From: Squalus acanthias
Taxonomy: Eukaryota
DNA: 64,000 nucleotides
Direction of reading: 5' to 3'
Assembly (NCBI GenBank): GCA_030390025.1
Contig: CM059429.1
Location: 27,838,001 to 27,902,000, forward strand
Below, piece by piece: positions 11,895-24,867 of the stretch. The first letter of the stretch is position 1; the number at the start of each line of letters is the position of its first letter. The notes under the pieces were generated by a model. The model ran no database searches, was not told the DNA's origin, and was given only the letters and a program-made list of their open reading frames with translations. The position numbers and the translations under genes were made by a program.

Positions 11895-13384
11895 GTCGAG
11901 GGCATCCTGAAACCCATCGTACAGGGAACCCCCAGCTTCTGCCGTGACACCACAGACTTCTTACAGAAACTCAGCACCCACGGACCAGTTGAACCAGGAA
12001 CACTCCTCGCCACGATGGACGTATCGGCACTCTACACCAGTATCCCCCACGATGACGGCATCACTGCGACAGCCTCAGTACTCAACACCAACAACAGCCA
12101 ATCTCCAGACGCCATCCTACAACTCATCCGCTTCATCCTTGACCACAATGTCTTCACCTTCGACAACATTTTTTTACCCAAACACACGGAACAGCCATGG
12201 GGACCAAATTCGCACCCCAATACGCCAACATCTTCATGCACAAGTTCGAGCAAGACTTCTTCGCTGCACAGGACCTCCAGCCAACGCTGTACACCAGATA
12301 CATCGACGACATTTTCTTCCTTTGGACCCATGGTGAAGGATCACTGAAAAGACTACACGATAACATAAACAAGTTCCATCCCACCATCAAACTCACCATG
12401 GACTACTCCTCAGAATCGGTTTCATTCCTGGACACACGAATCTCCATCAAAGACGGACACCTCAGCACTTCACTCTACCGCAAGCCCACGGACAATCTCA
12501 CGATGCTCCACTTCTCCAGCTTCCACCCTAACCACGTTAAAAAAGCCATCCCCTATGGACAAGCCCTGCGAATACACAGGATCTGCTCAGACAAGGAGGA
12601 ACGCGATGGACACATACGGACGCTGAAAAACGCCCTCGTAAGAACGGGATATGACGCTCGACTCATCGATCGACAGTTCCGACGGGCCACAGCGAAAAAT
12701 CGCATAGACCTCCTCAGAAGGCAAACACGGGACACAACCAACAGGGTACCCTACGTCGTCCAGTACTTCCCCGGAGCGGAGAAACTACGCCATGTTCTTC
12801 GCAGCCTCCAACATGTCATCGATGACGACGAACACCTCGCTAAGGCCATCCCCACGCCTCCACTACTTGCCTTCAAACAGCCGCCTAACCTCAGAAGTAC
12901 CATCGTTCGCAGCAAATTACCCAGCTGTCAGGAGAACAGCGACCACGACACCACACAACCCTGCCACGGCAACCTCTGCAAGACATGCCAGATCATCAAC
13001 ACAGATACCATCATCACACGTGAGGACACTACCCACCAGGTACATGGTACATACTCATGTGACTCGGCCAACATTGTCTACCTCATACGTTGCAGGAAAG
13101 AATGCACCGCGGCATGGTACATCGGCGAGACCATGCAGACACTGAGACAACGTATGAACGGACACCGCGCAACAATCACCAGGCAGGAGTGTTCCCTCCC
13201 AGTCGGGGAACACTTCAGCAGTCAAGGACATTCAGCCTCGGATCTGCGGGTAAGCGTTCTCCAAGGCGGACTTAGAAACACACGACAACGCAAAATCATC
13301 GAGCAGAAACTGATAGCCAAGTTCCGCACTCATGAGGACGGCCTCAACCGGGATCTTGGGTTTATGTCACGATACATGACGTGA
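11895..13384 (+). pseudogene. PLE reverse transcriptase plus GIY-YIG endonuclease (N-truncated, one frameshift near 12170)
   Basis: TMDVSALYTSIPH, AMGTKFAPQYAN, YTRYIDD, Cys linker PCHGNLCKTC, GIY-YIG NIVYLIRC...WYIGET; ORF 12197-13384 open for 395 aa. Confidence 0.93.
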
Positions 13385-13677
13385 TCCAGACTCGAGTCGT
13401 CGTTGGCTTGTTAACAGATGTGATTCCCAGTAAAAAAGTAAAAATTTTAAAGTTTATCGTTTCCCATACTGCGGCTTTTGACACATTGGACCCCCTGTGG
13501 CTCCACCTCATTGTCTCAGTTGTATCTTGCTATGTCTTTGATGTGACCTGATTGCCTTTTGTCACACCTCGGCAGATAAACAGTCAGGGTGATTTAAATG
13601 TAGTCGTCTGCTTTTGTAAGTAACACATGCATTGTTCTCTATCTATATATGCTTTGGCGATTCTGTATCTCTTTACT

Positions 13678-13719
13678 TCACCTGAGGAAGGGGTGATCGA
13701 TAGCTCCGAAAGCTTGTGA
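13678..13719 (+). ncRNA. Minimal hammerhead ribozyme motif in PLE 3' pLTR
   Basis: TCAC-CTGAGGA-AGGGGTGATCGATAGCTCC-GAAA-GCTT-GTGA; stem I TCAC/GTGA, palindromic AGCT stem III. Confidence 0.82.
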
Positions 13720-14779
13720 TTTCAAATAAAACTGTTGGACTATAACCTGGTGTTGTGCGACTTCTCATTTTTGTCCACCCCAGTCCAACACCGGCATCTC
13801 CGCATCATGACCTTTATTAATCGAGGCACAGAATACAAAAGCAAGGAAGATATGCTAAACCTTTATTAAATACTGGTTAGGCCTCAGCTGGAGTATCGTG
13901 TCCAATTCTGGGCACCACACTTTAGGAAGGATGTCAAGGCCTTAGAGAGGGTGCAGAAGAGATTTACTAGAATGGTACCAGGGATGAGGGACTTCAGTTA
14001 TGTAGAGAGATTGGAGAAGCTGGGATTGTTCTCCTTAAAGCAGAGAAGGTTAAGAGGAGATTTGATAGAGGTGTTCAAAATCATGAACAGTTATGATAAG
14101 AGTAAATAAGGAGAAACTGTTTCCAGTGACAGAAGGGTTGGTAACCAGAGGAAACAGATTTAAGGTGATTGGCAAAAGTACATGAGGAAGCATTTTTTTT
14201 TATGCAGCGAGTTGTTGTGATCTGGAATGTGCTGCCTGAGAGGGTGGTGGAAGCAGATTCAATAGTAACTTTCAAAAGGGAATTGGATAAATACTTGAAG
14301 GAAAAAAAAATACTGGGCTATGGGGAAATAGCAGGGGAGTGGGACTAATGGGATAGCTCTACCAAACAGCCGGCACAGGCACAATGGGCCAAAGATTCTA
14401 TGATTCCAGTTATCAGAATTTAAGTCATGCAGAAATGTCAAGGAAATTGGACTTTTTTTTGGAAAAAATAATTTAAAGTAATCTAATTAGAGTTTTCAAG
14501 ATTATGAAGGGAATTAACAAAATTGATCCAAGCAAATTGTTCAGGGTTCAATTGCCAGGGATACAAGAATGAAATGGGATGTCCGGCAGAAGGGTTGAAC
14601 TGTAGAACAAGTTAACAGGGAATACTATTGATGTGGACAGCATTAATGGTTTCAAAAAACAATTTTTGAAAACAAAAGGAATTTAGGGACGGGGTGAGAA
14701 GGCAGGTAAACAGAGTTGATCACTGAAAAGGCCTAATGGTCTTTTCATGTTCCTAGAAATCACCTTTTCTTTCTCTAAG

Positions 14780-15188
14780 CATTTTTCTCCCCTCCCTTCC
14801 CCTTCTCTTCTGAAGGTATCTGACCTCCTTGGAATATAGTAATATATGCTTTTGGGCACTCTTGGCACTTTGTCCAAGTTTCCATTGTTTATATGTGAGC
14901 CTTGGAAGCAGGCTATTGGAGTGGAGGATACATCACAGCCAAATCTGATCTTGCCCTCACTCGATATCCATGTGCTTGCACTTCCAACAGGGCATACACA
15001 GCATAGCAATCAGGAGTGGGAATCCTGGCTACAATTCCCATCCTCATCCAGGGTGATGAAGCCCAATTGCAGTACTGCAACCGCCACCCTGGCAGAGGCC
15101 AGGTAACTCAGCACAGACCCAGTCTTTGAACTTGGGATCTTCCTGGTTTGCATGTTTCAACTACTCACTCTGAGCCATCAAAGGAGTA
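14780..15188 (-). mobile_element. Old tRNA-headed SINE (third family)
   Basis: Colinear by eye with 63200-63583 and 22620-23190. Confidence 0.65.
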
Positions 15189-15329
15189 ATTCTTATATAA
15201 TGCATACTTTCCTGACATCTGTACTTGTGTGCATTCAACACTGGGAGTTGTAGGTTCTAAAGAACTGAGCTATGCATGATAAATGGTGTTCATCTTGTTA
15301 CTCCAGCCCACTTTCCAACATCTCTCTCT

Positions 15330-15700
15330 CCCCGTTACTATATATCCTTTCAACCCCTTTTCCTTCATCCAACTATCCAATCTAATCTTGAATGCTGACA
15401 TAGTTTCTGCCTCCACCACTAACCCTGGAAGTGAATTCCACAGCCTTGCAATGCTGTGTGAAGACGTTTCTGCTGCCCTCTGTTCTAAATCTCTTACATT
15501 TAACCTCGTATCTATGGCCTCTTGTTATGACCCCTCAATTACTGAAAACAGTCTGCTTCTATCCTATTTCATTCTTACATAATGCTTATATCTACCCTTT
15601 TTCATACTTTCACAATTTTCAACACTTCCATTATATAGTCCCTACTTGTACTGGCTCTCCAGTCTGTGTTTTCTGGTCTACTCTCCAATATTGCTGTTTC
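15330..15700 (-). mobile_element. Degenerate CR1 3' fragment
   Basis: Similar to the reverse complement of CR1 3' ends (GAATTCCACAGCC, TCTGCCTCCACCAC). Confidence 0.65.
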
Positions 15701-17404
15701 TGCTGCCTGTACTCTCTCTATCTTCATACTCTGGAATAATTTGCGGACACGTGCAGTTAGTGTAGATTTGCTGCAAGCATTCAAAAGGGAGCTGGAAAAA
15801 TTCCTAAAAGTGATTAACGTATCTACAAATAGAAGATAAGTGGATCATTGGGGGAAGGGTGGGGGGGGGGGGGTGGAGGCGGGGTTGAGTCACCCAGTCA
15901 ACACAATCTCTTGTTGGAGCTTACTTGATTGACTTCAGGGTTTAGAGAGAAATTTCCTGCGTTTTTTCTAAATTTAGGTAAGGATTTTTCTTTTTTTGTT
16001 GACTCTCCTAGGAGATTACGTGGCTCTGGGAGTGGGATAGAGGGGAATGGGGCTGATGGTATGTGGAAGTTGCACTGTTCTAGTCTTTTCCTGTCCTTGT
16101 TCATATCGTCTGTCCTGATTTAGTTAATCAGGTAGTGAGGGAGCTACATATGACCTCGGGGGTCCTGGCCTAAGGGGAGGTGGAAGTTGCAGGATTCCCA
16201 TTCTGATCATAGTTAGTAACTCCTGTTAGAAAGCACGAGTAAACAGACATCTGATTGGGCATGCCTATGATGGCCCCACAGTTAGGTTGGCTACAGATAT
16301 TCACTATCTGGGATCACACATGAATGGTGAATTGGTCAAGATGCCAAAGGGTTAACAATTATCCCAGTATGAATCGGTACCTTCGGTGGAGCACAGGAGC
16401 GAAGAGGACAAGTTGGATATTCTTGTTTTAAAGGACCTCAAGCTCAAAAGAAAGGAAATTATATTCTCTCACACCTGCCTCATGCCTGATAGAAATTAAG
16501 TTCTACATAAACAATTAGGTGTTGATGAGGAGGTCAGAAAATAATTGAAAGAAAATAGATAAGAGGAAATATATTTGAATAAATACATAGATTCATTAAA
16601 AAGGAAGTTCAACAAAAAAAGAATATAAGGGAAGAAGGTGAAGGAAAAAAATATAATATTTGAAACATATGCTAACAAGTTCAAGCTTGCAACAGCTGAG
16701 TGACTAAAAGACAATGCCAAGTACTATAATTAATGTTAGTTCAGAAAAAGTGTTAACCTTGTCATACTTTTTAAAATAATTTATATTCTGGGCACAGAAA
16801 GGTTGCTTAAAACATAAGACTTAAAACATTTTTTTAAAGAAAAGGCAATATTTAGTCAAATACAACATTTTGAAGGGTTGTGGAGCCTCCACTGGGATAC
16901 AAAGCAGTAGCCTCATTTCATGACAGAACAAGGCTTGTTTTGAAAGGTTTGACAGGTTGAGAGGCAGTTAGGCTGGACTGGATTTTCAGCCTGACTGCTT
17001 CTCTTCCTGTGAAGGTTCTCCAGGGCTTTCAACTTCTTTCACAGTGCAGTGATTGGTAACTAATGAAGTAGGCACAAATCATGTTGCCTCTCCTATTGCT
17101 TACTTTCTCTCTCTTTGTAGTTCCCCTCCTTCAACTTTCATCTATCTATTCAACATTATTAAAACTGCGGCTGAAACCTGGAAGATCATAAAATGGTACA
17201 TTTTAAAAGGATTCACATTTTGAGGTTTTTTACATAGTTGAACATATTCCAAATACCCCAAGACATTTGTGTGAAGAACTCTGATTTCAGACTAAATTTT
17301 CCTTTTACTAATTCGAACATGGGCACCCATGTTCTACTCCCACAATTTAATTTAAAGTAATATTCCAGATCTACCTTTTCCATTTCCTTGACTATCTTTG
17401 TCAG

Positions 17405-18470
17405 CCTTTGCTCAGTTATAGCACTCTTGTCTGAGTCCAAAGGTCATGGGGGAAAAATTCGGTTGCTTTGCGCCGCCAGTTAGCGCCCTGAGGGGGGGCT
17501 AATGGGGCACAAAGCAAGTAGCGCCCGGGCGCAGCGCCACGAACGCCTCCCACAAACTTTAGCGGGAGGTTAGCGGCGGCAGTAGCCGGTAGCACCCCAC
17601 TTGCGCCCCGGCTGCAAACACGGCTTGCGTCCCCAGACCTACCGCCGGACGCTATGTCCGACAGCGTCTGGGTGGCGTTTTTGCGGCCGGGGCGGCGATA
17701 ATTAAAGGGCAGGTGCCGAGCGGCCTTTTTTCTTTTGGGCCGCCTGCCAGCACCTGCCCACTCTGGTCTCCTCCTGCGGGGTGCCGGCCGTGATCTGTCA
17801 GACCGGCAATCCTCTTGAGAGGGGAGGGAGGCCTGCAGTACCGCGGCGCTACGGCTGGCGTGCGTGGCGCTGCTGCACTTAGCACCGCGATATTCAATGG
17901 GCGTGCCCCAAGAGGGAGGGGGAGCACTTCCAGTAGTGCCCCGCCTCCTGCTTGGGGCGCTACCATTGAATCTCGGGCGCGGGGGCGCTAACTGTTTCAG
18001 GCACTAAAAGTAACGCCCCGGCGAAGTTATCGCCCCAAAGGGGGCGCAAGCCAATTTCCCCCCCCCCCGCCATGAGTTTAAACCCAACTTCAAAGACTTG
18101 AGCATATATTCTAGGCTGACACTTTTCAGTGCAGTACTGAGGGAGCGCTGCACTGTCATCATTGTGGATGAGTCATTAAACCGATGCCCCATCTGTCCTC
18201 TCAGATGAGCGTAGAAAACCTCATGGCACTATTCGAAGAATAGCAGGGTAGTTCTCCCAGTGACCTGGCCAACATTTATTCCTCAACCAACATCACATAA
18301 ATAAAAAAAAACCAGATTATCTGGTCATTTATCTGATTGCTCTTTGTCGACCTTGCTGTTGCAAACAGGCTGCCACATTTCCCTACATTTGCAAGAGTGA
18401 GTACACTTCATTGGCCGTGAAGCACTTTGAGATGTCTTGAGGGTGTGAAAGGAGCTATAGAAATGGAAGT
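17405..18470 (+). mobile_element. Deu-domain (SacSINE1-like) SINE interrupted by a MITE
   Basis: tRNA-like head, CAGTGCAGTACTGAGGGAGCGCTGCACTGTC, GACCTTGCTGT..GGCTGCCACATTTCC, L2-type tail. Confidence 0.8.
17447..18070 (-). mobile_element. GC-rich Harbinger-type MITE related to family A at its termini
   Basis: GGGGGAAAAATTCGGT...AATTTCCCCC termini, CAT/ATG TSD, many AGCGCC/GGCGCT motifs; interior differs from family A. Confidence 0.8.
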
Positions 18471-18479
18471 TTGTAAAAT

Positions 18480-21300
18480 TTATTATATACCTCTTTACAA
18501 TCAATTCTTAGATGCCTCCTTTCCAAGCTGAAAACTCAGAACCATGACACTAGGGATCAGCCCTGCGGCTCTTCTTTGCACTGCTTCTAAGGCCTGAATT
18601 ATTTCTCAATGAGCAGAACTGAGCACAGTATTCATAGTATAGTCTGACCAGAAGACTCTGCAGTTTTATCATGACATCCTTTGATTTGCATTCTACTGTT
18701 TTGGCTACGTAGTTCAACATTCTATTGGCGTTGTTTATTGCTGCTCTGCACTGGTTGGACATGTTGATCATTGTGTCTGCTAAGACTCCAAGGTTGTTCT
18801 TTAACTTCATCCTTAGCTACTTCATAACCATTCATGGAGTGTGTTGCCTGGTTTTTCCTTTTATGTGCAGTAATTTATACTTGTCTGCTTTGCATTTCAT
18901 CTACAATTGTTCTGCTCACTTACAATGTTTGCACAGCTGACTCTGTAATTTCTGAGCTACCTCGTCTGATTTTCATTGACCCTCCCTGTTTGGTATTATC
19001 TGTGAATTTGACTAATGCGCACTGAATTTCGGAATCCGGTCATTCAAGTAAATTAGAAACAGTCGGGGTCCCAACAATGGGCACAGTACTAATTATTTCC
19101 CCCCATCCCAACATAACTCCTCCAAAAAGGAGCTGCTATTTTTTTCACCCAGCATCTAATTCTTCTATTAATTTCCAAAATTTACCCTGAATCCTCACAG
19201 TTGAGTTTAACTAACAGTTTTTGAGTGGAACTTTGTCAAAATCCTTTTTGATGTCTAGACACAACATATCGTATGGTTTTCCACAGTCCACTTGGCTTGT
19301 CATTTCCTCAAAGGAGTTAAGGAGGTTGTTCAGGCAGTATATACCCCTTCTGAATCCATGTTGAGTTCTGTTTGTTTGGTTATTACTGTATAGATAATCC
19401 TCAAGCATATTCCTAATAATTGATTCCAGCAGTTTATATGGAACGGAAGTAAGATTAATGGGTCCGTAGTTACCCGTGTCTCTTCCATCACCCTTTTTGA
19501 ATATGGTCACCACATTAACTGCTTTCCAATCTACTGATACCTCCCCAAGATCTGGTGACTCCCTCATAATGATTGTCAGTGTCTCACAAATCTCCTCCCT
19601 AGTCTTTCTCAGCACTCGGATAAGTACTATTTATCTCGAGAGATTTATTTGTTTTGAGCCCTTTTAGTCTATCTAGGACTTTCATCCCATTTATATCAAA
19701 ATCATTGATTTTTCACAGCTTATCTCATGTTGCTCTTGTCTTCCCTTGTGAAAATTTGAAGTAATAATTCAGAATATTTACAAAATTTGTGGTCAAGCTT
19801 ATTTGTATCTTTTAATGTTCTCACCTCTTCTCTGACTGCCCTCTTACTACTGTAATACAGAAATAATTTTTTACTGTTACATTTTTCCTGTGCAATTATT
19901 TTTTTTCTAAGGTTCTCTTTGCTCCTCCATTCCTTTTAACATATTTCTGCATGTTTCTATAATCATCCCAATGAACCCATTTCTATTTCTCCCCTTAGGA
20001 TTTGTCGAAGTCATTCTACCTTTTCATTTCACTTTTAAATTGTTAATCCATTTAGGTTCATGCTTGTTTAGTCTCAGCTTGTTAACTCCAACTTACTTTT
20101 TTGGTGGGGTTTTGCACTAGGTACTTTTACTACAGCAAGTTATCCTTCCCAACTGAAAATACCCATTGTCTTTTTTTTTATAAATAGTCTCATCTTTTTA
20201 TTTCATCTTCCTTTCCTCCGGGCTAGATTTTGCTGGAGCAGGGCATCTCATGTCGTGCACCATTAGTTAGACTTGTTTGTGTGCCGTTTAGGTTTCTAAA
20301 TTTTTTGCCTACAAAGTACGAGCTGATAATGGGCAACAGGACATCTGGGACCTTGGTGAACAACAGGGCAAACAGTGTATCTCCTTAACCAATGAGATTT
20401 AAGGATTGAGAAATTAAGAGGAAGGACTGAGAAGGAGATGTAAATTAGAGTGGGTGAATTTGTTGTCAAATCAGGTACAGAAAGAGAAATAAAGAGAGAG
20501 AAAGAAAAATTAGGTTGAGAGAGAAAAAGAGACAAAAAGGAAAAGTAAGAACATTTTTTTAAAATGTGACATTTTTAATATCTCCTAAAACAATTCACAA
20601 CCTGAAGGAATGAGACTCAACACTTAGTTCACTTTTGGGGCAAGAGAGGTTGTTTGTCATTAACAATTATAACAGTTAAAAAGGTACTTACACTGTTAAT
20701 TACTAGATTTAACTTTCTGTGGGTTGAGTGGGCAGTTAATGTGCAAATGCAGCAACTTCATGAAAATCGCAGGGAGGTTAAGCACAAAATGCTGTTTTCG
20801 CAAAGTTAGCAGTGGAGCAGTGCAAATCGGCCAGCAACTTGTGGCGATTCGCAATTCACAGGGTCTCTCTTCCTCGCTACAAGTTGCTGGCCTTTCTGCA
20901 CTGCTCAGACGCAGTTATTTTTTCAGCAAAATCTGTCCCTCAGCCTTTTTACTTTTCCTTTTGAAAGCACATTTCTTTTTAAAATTTAATTTTACTTTTA
21001 CTTTCATAGCTTCATGCCCTCAAGTTTCATCTTGATGCTTATTTGTTTTACCTTTTTCTTCACCCTCGTGTTCTTGTTTTTGAACTTTATTGCCCTCTTC
21101 TTTTTCATTTACAAAATTAATTTAATGACTTTCTTTTTTACTACTGAATATTTATCTAAACTAGTCATTGGGCCATTCTCACAATAGGACCTCATAAATA
21201 AATAAAATGACCAATGAATTCATAACCAAAGAGGTTTGGTTATAGTCCTGCATTTAGTTGCAAGCTCTGGGCTTTGGCACCCTATACAAATTCATCACCT
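18480..21300 (-). mobile_element. Old CR1 LINE
   Basis: Minus ORFs with IFKKGD..GNYGPINLTS, QHGFRRG, DFDKVP, EYCAQF. Confidence 0.85.
20220..20939. mobile_element. Harbinger-type MITE inside CR1
   Basis: TIRs GGGCTAGATTTTGCTG / CAGCAAAATCTGTCCC; flanks TCC/TCA. Confidence 0.75.
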
Positions 21301-22157
21301 CGTTCTTTGCTCGTACCAAGCCCCTAGGGTCAACCCACAAGTTATCTGTCCTTGTTACTGTAGTTCCTGGTTGCATTGTGTTGTTGCACTATCCAAAATA
21401 TACCCATATAAAAATGGGGCTAATGTGCTTAAACCATCTAATCTACTTTCAACAAATTAGATTACTCACTGGAAGGTAGATAAAAGTTTGTTGTTTTCTC
21501 TAGGTTGAAAAGATACTGCAAATTACTTAAAATGTCACCACTATTGATAAGTTCTCCTGTACAATGCCAGGCAGTGACCCACAATATAAGGCAGCAGCCA
21601 CCGTGACTTTGTATTTCAATCCTGATGACAACCAGTGGCCCGTGAGCAAGTCACTGCTTGGGATTTCGGCCCTAGACAATGGAAGAAGCCCCAAACATGC
21701 AGACAAACACATCTTGATACACTTGATGGGAGGGACAATAGCTTTATCAGTGCATCACTGATGTGAGGTTTGAAAAGTCAGAACATCTGCATCAGTTGTG
21801 CTAGTAATTAAATACTGCTGCAATTGATGAAGGCCCAGAATACTGAAGCAAACAATCTGAAATATTTACACTTCAAGCACACTCTGAAGATAAAAAAAAA
21901 ACCTGGAACATGAATATACATATATTTTAGTGTGGCTCTGAAATGTTATTGCAGTTCTTGAAGGATTAATGCTTTTTTTTATATCTCCTATCAACTTCAG
22001 TCTGATAGTTTGATTCTACAGAATATCAAACATATTCACTGCAAACCTGACTCCCACAGGATTAAACCAGTTTGTATTCTGAGAGAAACCCACTGCACCA
22101 CAGCAAGAACAGCTCCTTTGAATCCATCCAATTAACGACAACCCTGTAGGCATCTCC

Positions 22158-22214
22158 TGTTGCTATAGCAACATCACTGTCTAATCAATACTAGATGCTG
22201 GTTTCCATGGGGAT
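22158..22214. promoter_or_regulatory. RFX X-box palindrome plus a second X-box-like site
   Basis: TGTTGCTATAGCAACA (22158-22173) and GTTTCCATGGGGAT (22201-22214). Confidence 0.55.
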
Positions 22215-22879
22215 TGTACCAGAGATTCAGGAATAATCTGGCAAAAATAACTGTATGAGAAAAATATTATTGCTGTATATAAGAAAACATTGACATTTCA
22301 AGGGAGTAAAATATTTAATACAAAGCAGAATTCGAGTATGAGTACTGAATTGCTTCCTGTCATTGTGGCAAAACTAACAGGTTTCCTATCACCAATGAAT
22401 GATAACATTGCTTTTACTGTAGTTTTGTATGTGTTGCAAATACTATAAATGCATTTTAGCAATCAGTGTTTTTCAGGATTTTTAGCAAAATCCTCTTTTT
22501 TTAATTGTTTTTTCATGTCATTTTAGAGGAAAGGAAAAATCATTATCTTCTGGCATAAAGTGGCAGTTTCTGCTGCATTCAGAAAACAAGAGAAATTCAT
22601 TTATTTAGAAGGGGAGTAACATTTTCTTTTACTCCTGCTTTCTCCTGAAGGCTTGATTGTTGGTACAGTTCTTTGGGTGCCAGCACCCTCCCAGTATTTC
22701 ACTCAAGCAGCCATTCTTCATGGGTGAGCCTTGGGAGCAAGTGTTGTAACACCATTCAACCATTGAGACCAAGTCCAATCCTGTCTTCACCTGACATCAA
22801 GATATGTACACTTTTCAGCAGGGGTCACTGAATAATCATGGAACCCTGTCTGATATTTCCCCTCCCCTCCCCATTTCTA

Positions 22880-23086
22880 TGACGTGGAGATGCCGGTGTT
22901 GGACTGGGGTGGATAAATGTGAGAAGTCGCACAACACCAGGTTATAGTCCAACAGTTTTATTTGAAATCACAAGCTTTCAGAACGCTGCTCCTTCGTCAG
23001 GTGACGAAGGAGCAGCGCTCCGAAAGCTTGTGATTTCAAATAAAACTGTTGGACTATAACCTGGTGTTGTGTGACTTCTCACATTT
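22880..23086 (-). mobile_element. Fold-back PLE mini-insertion (family A variant)
   Basis: Arms ~22916-22999/23002-23086, ~35-nt unpaired tail, 12-bp TSD TCCCCATTTCTA (22868-22879, 23086-23097). Confidence 0.9.
22968..23004 (-). ncRNA. Minimal hammerhead ribozyme motif
   Basis: Minus strand TCAC-CTGACGA-AGGAGCAGCGTTCT-GAAA-GCTT-GTGA; stem II weakened by C>T changes. Confidence 0.7.
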
Positions 23087-24449
23087 CCCCATTTCTAGCC
23101 AAGGGGCACTGAAACCAATTGTAGTACCCATGATGTCACCCTGGTTGAAGTTAGCCAAGTCAGCTGAGACGTAGGATCAGATCTGGAACCTTACTATTCT
23201 ACATAGGAACAGGTGTAGGCCACTCAGCCCCTCGAGCCTGTTCCACCATTCAATTAGATCACGGTGATCTGTATCTTAACTTCAGTTACCCGCTTTGGTT
23301 CTTAATTCTTGTTGGGTCAACATCGCAGCAGGTGGTGTATTCACTCAATAAACAACCAGGGGGATCAGAGTATATTTTCTGCAGCAGATTAGCAGTATTA
23401 AAACGGCAAAATACATGCTTTGTAGTCGATAGGGCTATACATGCTGAAAAAAAGAATTTGCTGATGATTTTGAGATTTTACTTTAAATACATGCTTCTTA
23501 GGTAAGTAGTGGTCAGTAGGCATTAGTGCTGATGCTCTTTGGATTCAATGGCTGCTAAGGAATGTGGCTACAACCTCTCTCCCACCCACACCCAACTTGT
23601 ATTATATATGTAACATAAACTTATCAAATAGGAGCTCTTAGCCACTTGTACAGGAGACATACACCATTGTTTTGGCAGATAAGGGGCATCTAACCTAAAG
23701 TCAAATGCAGGGATACACCCATGATGTGTTGGTGACCAGAAAAACATCGCTTGCACCAGTAGGTGCAGGTTTGTGCATCTAACATTTATGTGAAGGTACA
23801 GTATGTGTGCCAGATTTTAAGATATAATTTGATGAGATATTAAACAAATAAAAGCCGTCTCCTCCATCACTGACACAGTGTGCCCTGCTCTAAAATATCA
23901 GCTCTCATGCCAGGATTGCTGTGGAAAATAATTTACTCAGTTTAAAGCGTACTATAAACTATATGTCCAGGAAATATACATGTGCCATTGAATCAAAGGA
24001 CACTTTTCAAAGCTCAAAATGAAGCAGCATAACACAACATGTAGCATAGAACAGTGTAGGGAACATGGACATCAACATTTATTTCTAAATCACTGCCAAC
24101 TTTTTTCTGTACCTAAGGGACCTGGAACCATTGCAAAACTATAAATATAATTATGAATTATATGTCTTGAAGGATAAAAGTGCAGTTTTTTTTCTGTACT
24201 GCAATTTGGAAAATTACAAATTAAAAAAATGTAGTACAGATGCAATACTACAGACCATTAATGGCACTTCAACCTTTTCAACACCTATATTATCTGCTGA
24301 TCATGATACCTTTCTTCTCAACATTGATCATATTGCCACTTTAAGCCCTGTGGTGAATTCAAATCAATATGTTAAGTATTAGAATTCAGAGTCGAATCAC
24401 GTAAGGAGATACTGCAATCTGATATCGTCAGGATCAGATATGTTTTAAA

Positions 24450-24867
24450 GTTTTTGGAGTTTAGAAGAATGAGAGGTGATCTTATTGAAACATATAAGAT
24501 TCTGAAGGGGCTTGACGGGGTAGATGCAGAGAGGATGTTTCCCCTCGTGGGGAATTTAGAACTAGGGGGCATAGTTTCAGGATAAGGGGGCACCCATTTA
24601 AAATGGAAACGAGGAGGAATTTCTTCTCTGAGGGTGTTGAATCTTTGGAATTCTCTTCCCCAGAGAGATGTGGAGGCTGGGTCATTGAATATATTTAAGG
24701 TGGAGATAGACATATTTTTGAAAAGTAAGGGAGTCGAGGGTTATGGGGAGCGGGCAGGGAAGTGGAGTTGAGGCCAAGATCAGATCAGCCATGATCTTAT
24801 TGAATGGCGGAGCAGGCTCGAGGGGGCCAAATGACCTACTCCTGCTCCTACGTCTTATGTTCTTATG
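24450..24867 (+). mobile_element. CR1 (HER1-like) 3' fragment
   Basis: LEFRRMRGDLIETYKIL frame; tail (CTTATGTT)n. Confidence 0.9.

Larger units (their letters stand above)
10958..13811 (+). mobile_element. Young Penelope-like element (family A, Neptune-like), 5'-truncated with ~940-bp inverted 3' duplication
   Basis: 10955-11897 is the reverse complement of ~12824-13767; 14-bp TSD CTTT(T/A)TTAATCGAG (10944-10957, 13812-13825); unpaired tail 13768-13811. Confidence 0.95.
8085..14405 (+). mobile_element. Decayed CR1 LINE ORF2 (EN to 3' tail) interrupted by three younger insertions
   Basis: CR1 motifs resume after each insert (SPGLDGMHPR, NYRPVSLTS, KWADTWQMKFN, 3' tail GATTCTATGATT); many stops. 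Confidence 0.92.
22620..23190 (-). mobile_element. Old tRNA-headed SINE (third family) hosting a PLE hairpin
   Basis: Similar to 14780-15188 on both sides of the insert. Confidence 0.6.

Noticed and set aside
11337-12013. Minus-strand ORFs as a separate gene
   Set aside because: They are the inverted duplicate of the PLE endonuclease region
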